A stretch of 64,000 bases of DNA from Terriglobia bacterium (lineage in GTDB: Bacteria > Acidobacteriota > Terriglobia > 20CM-2-55-15). Below are positions 61,024-64,000 of this stretch, one piece after another; position 1 is the stretch's first letter, and the number at the start of each line of letters is the position of its first letter. A program made the position numbers and the translations under genes. The notes beneath the pieces are model-generated. The model did not search any database and was not told the origin of the DNA. It saw nothing but the letters and a program-made list of their open reading frames with translations. The stretch covers positions 3,912,288 to 3,976,287 of the forward strand of contig CBDCKF010000002.1 of NCBI GenBank assembly GCA_965218085.1, read 5' to 3'.

Positions 61024-64000
61024 TGTACGTCGAATTGCATGCGGCTTCTGCTTTCAGTTTCCTTGAAGCCGCTTCACTGCCCGAAGACCTTGCAGCGGCA
61101 GCGGCACGGATGGACATGGCTGCCATGGCCATTGTCGACAGGGGGGGTGTTTACGGCGCGCCCCGGTTTCATGGCGAAGCTCGACGCGTAGGCATCCAGC
61201 CCCATATCGGCGCTGAAATTACAGTCACGGGCGGATACCGCTATCCCCTGCTGGTCGCGACCCGACAGGGATACCGCAATCTCTGCCGCCTGATCACACA
61301 CATCAAGATACGCGCGGTCAAAGGCGAAGGTACGGCGACGCTGGAAGAACTGGCCGAACACGCCGCAGGCCTCATCTGCCTGACCGGAGACGAACGCGGC
61401 CCACTGGCTGGGGCACTTGGGAACGGGGGTGTTCCCCTAGCCCGCCAGTGCCTGATCCAACTCACGAATATCTTTGGACGCTCCAATGTCTACGTGGAAT
61501 TGCAACGCCACTTCGACCGCCAGGAAGAAGCCCGGCTCGAAGCCAGCCGTGAACTTGCCGCTTACATACAGCTCCCGATTCTCGCGACCAATGGCGTCCG
61601 GCACACGCACCACCGCGACATCCTGGACGTATTCACCGCAATCCGCAATCACAGAACATTGGAATCCGTCGGACGCCTGCTTTCCAACAACGTCGAACGC
61701 CGTTTTAAGAGCCCGAAAGAGATGGCGCTCCTGTTCAAAGACCTTCCCGAAGCTATCGCCAACACGGGCGAGCTTTCTTCCAGGCTCGAGTTCACGATGA
61801 ACGACCTCGGCTACCGGTTCCCCCCATACCCCGTCCCGGATGGCGACACGATGGACTCGTTTCTTCGGAAAAGAACGTATGAAGGCGCCCACAACCACTA
61901 CCGGCCGCTTTACCCAAAGGCCCGACGGCAGATCGAACGCGAGCTGGCGTTAATCGAAAAGCTCAAACTGGCTGGCTATTTTCTGATCGTCTGGGACATC
62001 GTTCAGTTCTGCCGCAGAGAAAACATACTGGTTCAGGGTCGGGGTTCGGCGGCCAACAGTGCCGTTTGCTATTCACTGGGGATCACGGCGGTCGATCCAG
62101 TGGGGATGGATCTTCTCTTCGAACGATTTCTTTCTGAAGAACGTGGGAAGTGGCCCGACATCGATCTGGATTTGCCGAGTGGACATCAGCGCGAGCGAGC
62201 CATCCAGTACGTCTATGGGCGCTACGGACGGCGCGGGGCAGCCATGACCGCAAACGTGATCACCTACCGGGGCCGGTCTGCGGCACGTGAAGTCGGCAAG
62301 GTGCTTGGCTTCGATCCGGAAACGCTTGCCCGACTCTCTAAACTGCTCAGTCGCTGGGAATACCAGGACCCGAACGACAGCCTGGAGAGAAAATTTAGGA
62401 CCGCGGGACTGAACACAAGTCATCCCCGTATCCGAAAGTTCATGGAGCTGACAGTCCGTCTCCAAAAACTGCCCCGCCATCTCGGACAGCATTCCGGCGG
62501 TCTGGTGATCTGTCAGGGAAGCCTGGATTCGGTCGTGCCGCTGGAACCGGCATCGATGCCGGACCGCACTGTCGTTCAATGGGACAAAGACGACTGTGCC
62601 CACATGGGCATCATCAAAGTCGATCTGCTGGGACTGGGGATGATGGCGGTACTCGAAGATACGATTCAATTGATTCGAGACAACAATGACGAAACAGTCG
62701 ATCTGGCCCATTTACCCGCAGATGACCCGACCGTCTATCAAACGCTCCAGAGGGCGGACACCGTCGGTATGTTCCAAATCGAAAGCCGCGCACAGATGTC
62801 CTGCCTGCCCCGTTTGAAGCCCATCCGCTTTTACGACCTGGTCGTCCAGGTGGCCATCATCCGCCCAGGCCCGATCGTCGGCAAGATGGTTCATCCATAT
62901 CTGAACCGGCGCCAGGGGCGTGAACCGGTGAGCTATCCCCACCCATCGCTCGAACCTGTTTTGAAACGGACGCTGGACGTTCCGCTCTTTCAGGAACAAC
63001 TCTTACGGCTGGCCATGATCGGGGCCGGGTTCAGCGGGGGGGAAGCCGAAGAACTCCGCCGTGCCTTTGGTTTCAAGCGGTCCGAAGAAAAGATGGGTAA
63101 CATCGAAATCAAATTACGCGGCGGAATGGAGAAACGAGGCATCACCGGAGATGCCCAGGATCGGATTGTCGGGTCGATCACATCCTTCGCTCTCTATGGG
63201 TTCCCGGAATCCCACGCGGCGAGCTTCGCGCTCATAGCCTACGCTAGCGCATATCTTAAATGTCATTATTTGCCAGCATTTACGACAGCAATATTAAACA
63301 ATCAGCCGATGGATTTCTACAGTCCGGCAACGCTGGTCAAAGACGCCCAGCGTCACGGTCTGCGTGTCTTGCCTATTGATGTCGCCCGATCGGACTGGCT
63401 CTGTAGCCTCGAGAAGACACCGATAAAAACCGGTCCGGGCGAGGAACTCAGCCTTCGTCTGGGCCTGAACTACGTCAAAGGGCTCCGCGAAGTACCCGGA
63501 CTCCGAATCGTCAAAGAACGCAGCCGCAAAGCCTTCACTTCGATAGAAGATCTGGCGCATCGCGTCTCCGAGCTTCAGAAAAAGGAATTGACGCTGCTGG
63601 CAGAGGTCGGAGCGCTGAATTTCATCCGGAAGGACCCACGAATACACCGTCGTGACGCGCTCTGGCAGGTGGAACGGGCCTCACGACCCTCCGGACCCTT
63701 ATTCGACCCGACAAAGACGCCGGACGCGCCTTCCCCGCTGCACCCGATGAACGCTGAAGAACGCCTTCTGGCTGATTTTCGGGTATCCGGCTTAACAATG
63801 GGCCCGCACCCGATGGCGTTCTGCCGGGACCGTCTCGATCGGATGGGGATTCGCCGGGCGGTGGACCTCCACCACACACCGAACGGAACATGGGTTAAAA
63901 CCGCAGGCTGCGTGATTGCACGTCAACGCCCGGGAACGGCCAAAGGCTTTGTTTTTTTAAGTCTGGAAGACGAAACCGGCATTGCCAATGCGATATTTAC
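61024..64000 (+). CDS. dnaE2: Error-prone DNA polymerase III alpha DnaE2 (5' 992 codons; continues past window end)
   Basis: MYVELHAASAFSFLEAASLPEDL… PHP N-terminus. Downstream of imuA-imuB. Absent from the ORF track because no stop falls in the window. Confidence 0.85.

Overview
This is a GC-rich (~60%) bacterial chromosomal segment, possibly from an Acidobacteriota-like organism (inferred only from kinase-terminus motifs).

**Left edge (1–4.1 kb), syntenic-looking.** mazG, ribF, a glutaredoxin-like gene, a bshB1-like deacetylase, an M48 peptidase and tRNA-Asp with a terminator.

**Plastic accessory region (4.2–45 kb).**
- Two inverted paralogous beta-propeller gene pairs, each with a conserved in-frame TGA.
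- At least nine insertion-sequence copies or remnants from five families: two near-identical IS5-like copies, one IS1182-like, two IS1111-type IS110 copies plus a solo right end, one IS30 plus three right-end remnants, and an IS21 with a nested IS1380-like element.
- Four genes interrupted by these elements: an M48 peptidase, a cyclase, an aldo-keto reductase, and IS21 istA itself.
- A low-GC subclass-B3 metallo-beta-lactamase gene.
- A previously unrecognised family of ~110-bp composite repeats: a sharply delimited Ser/Thr-kinase C-terminal coding box (INIVLNWFEELKERVPVP*) followed by a 37-bp nested palindrome (TTCTCAAGTCCTGAGAAATCATCTTCTCGGACGTTGAGAA). The palindrome's loop is the insertion site of both the IS110- and IS30-family elements.
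- Long 3' non-coding regions of the IS110 elements (the expected position of an IS1111-type bridge/seek RNA) with a segment complementary to the target flank that covaries between the two copies.

**45–50.6 kb.** A regulatory cluster: a frameshifted FapA-like gene, a PAS-LuxR regulator, a GAF-PP2C phosphatase and a DUF983 protein.

**50.6–55.7 kb.** tRNA-Glu plus a 28-bp direct repeat of its 3' end 5 kb downstream. Together they bracket an FG-GAP/HYR adhesin-like gene that is split by the second IS5 copy.

**Right end.** An M23 peptidase, msrA, tfoX, and an imuA-imuB-dnaE2 SOS-mutagenesis cassette preceded by a perfect 20-bp LexA-like palindrome.

Coordinates of repeats and element ends may be off by 1–2 bp.
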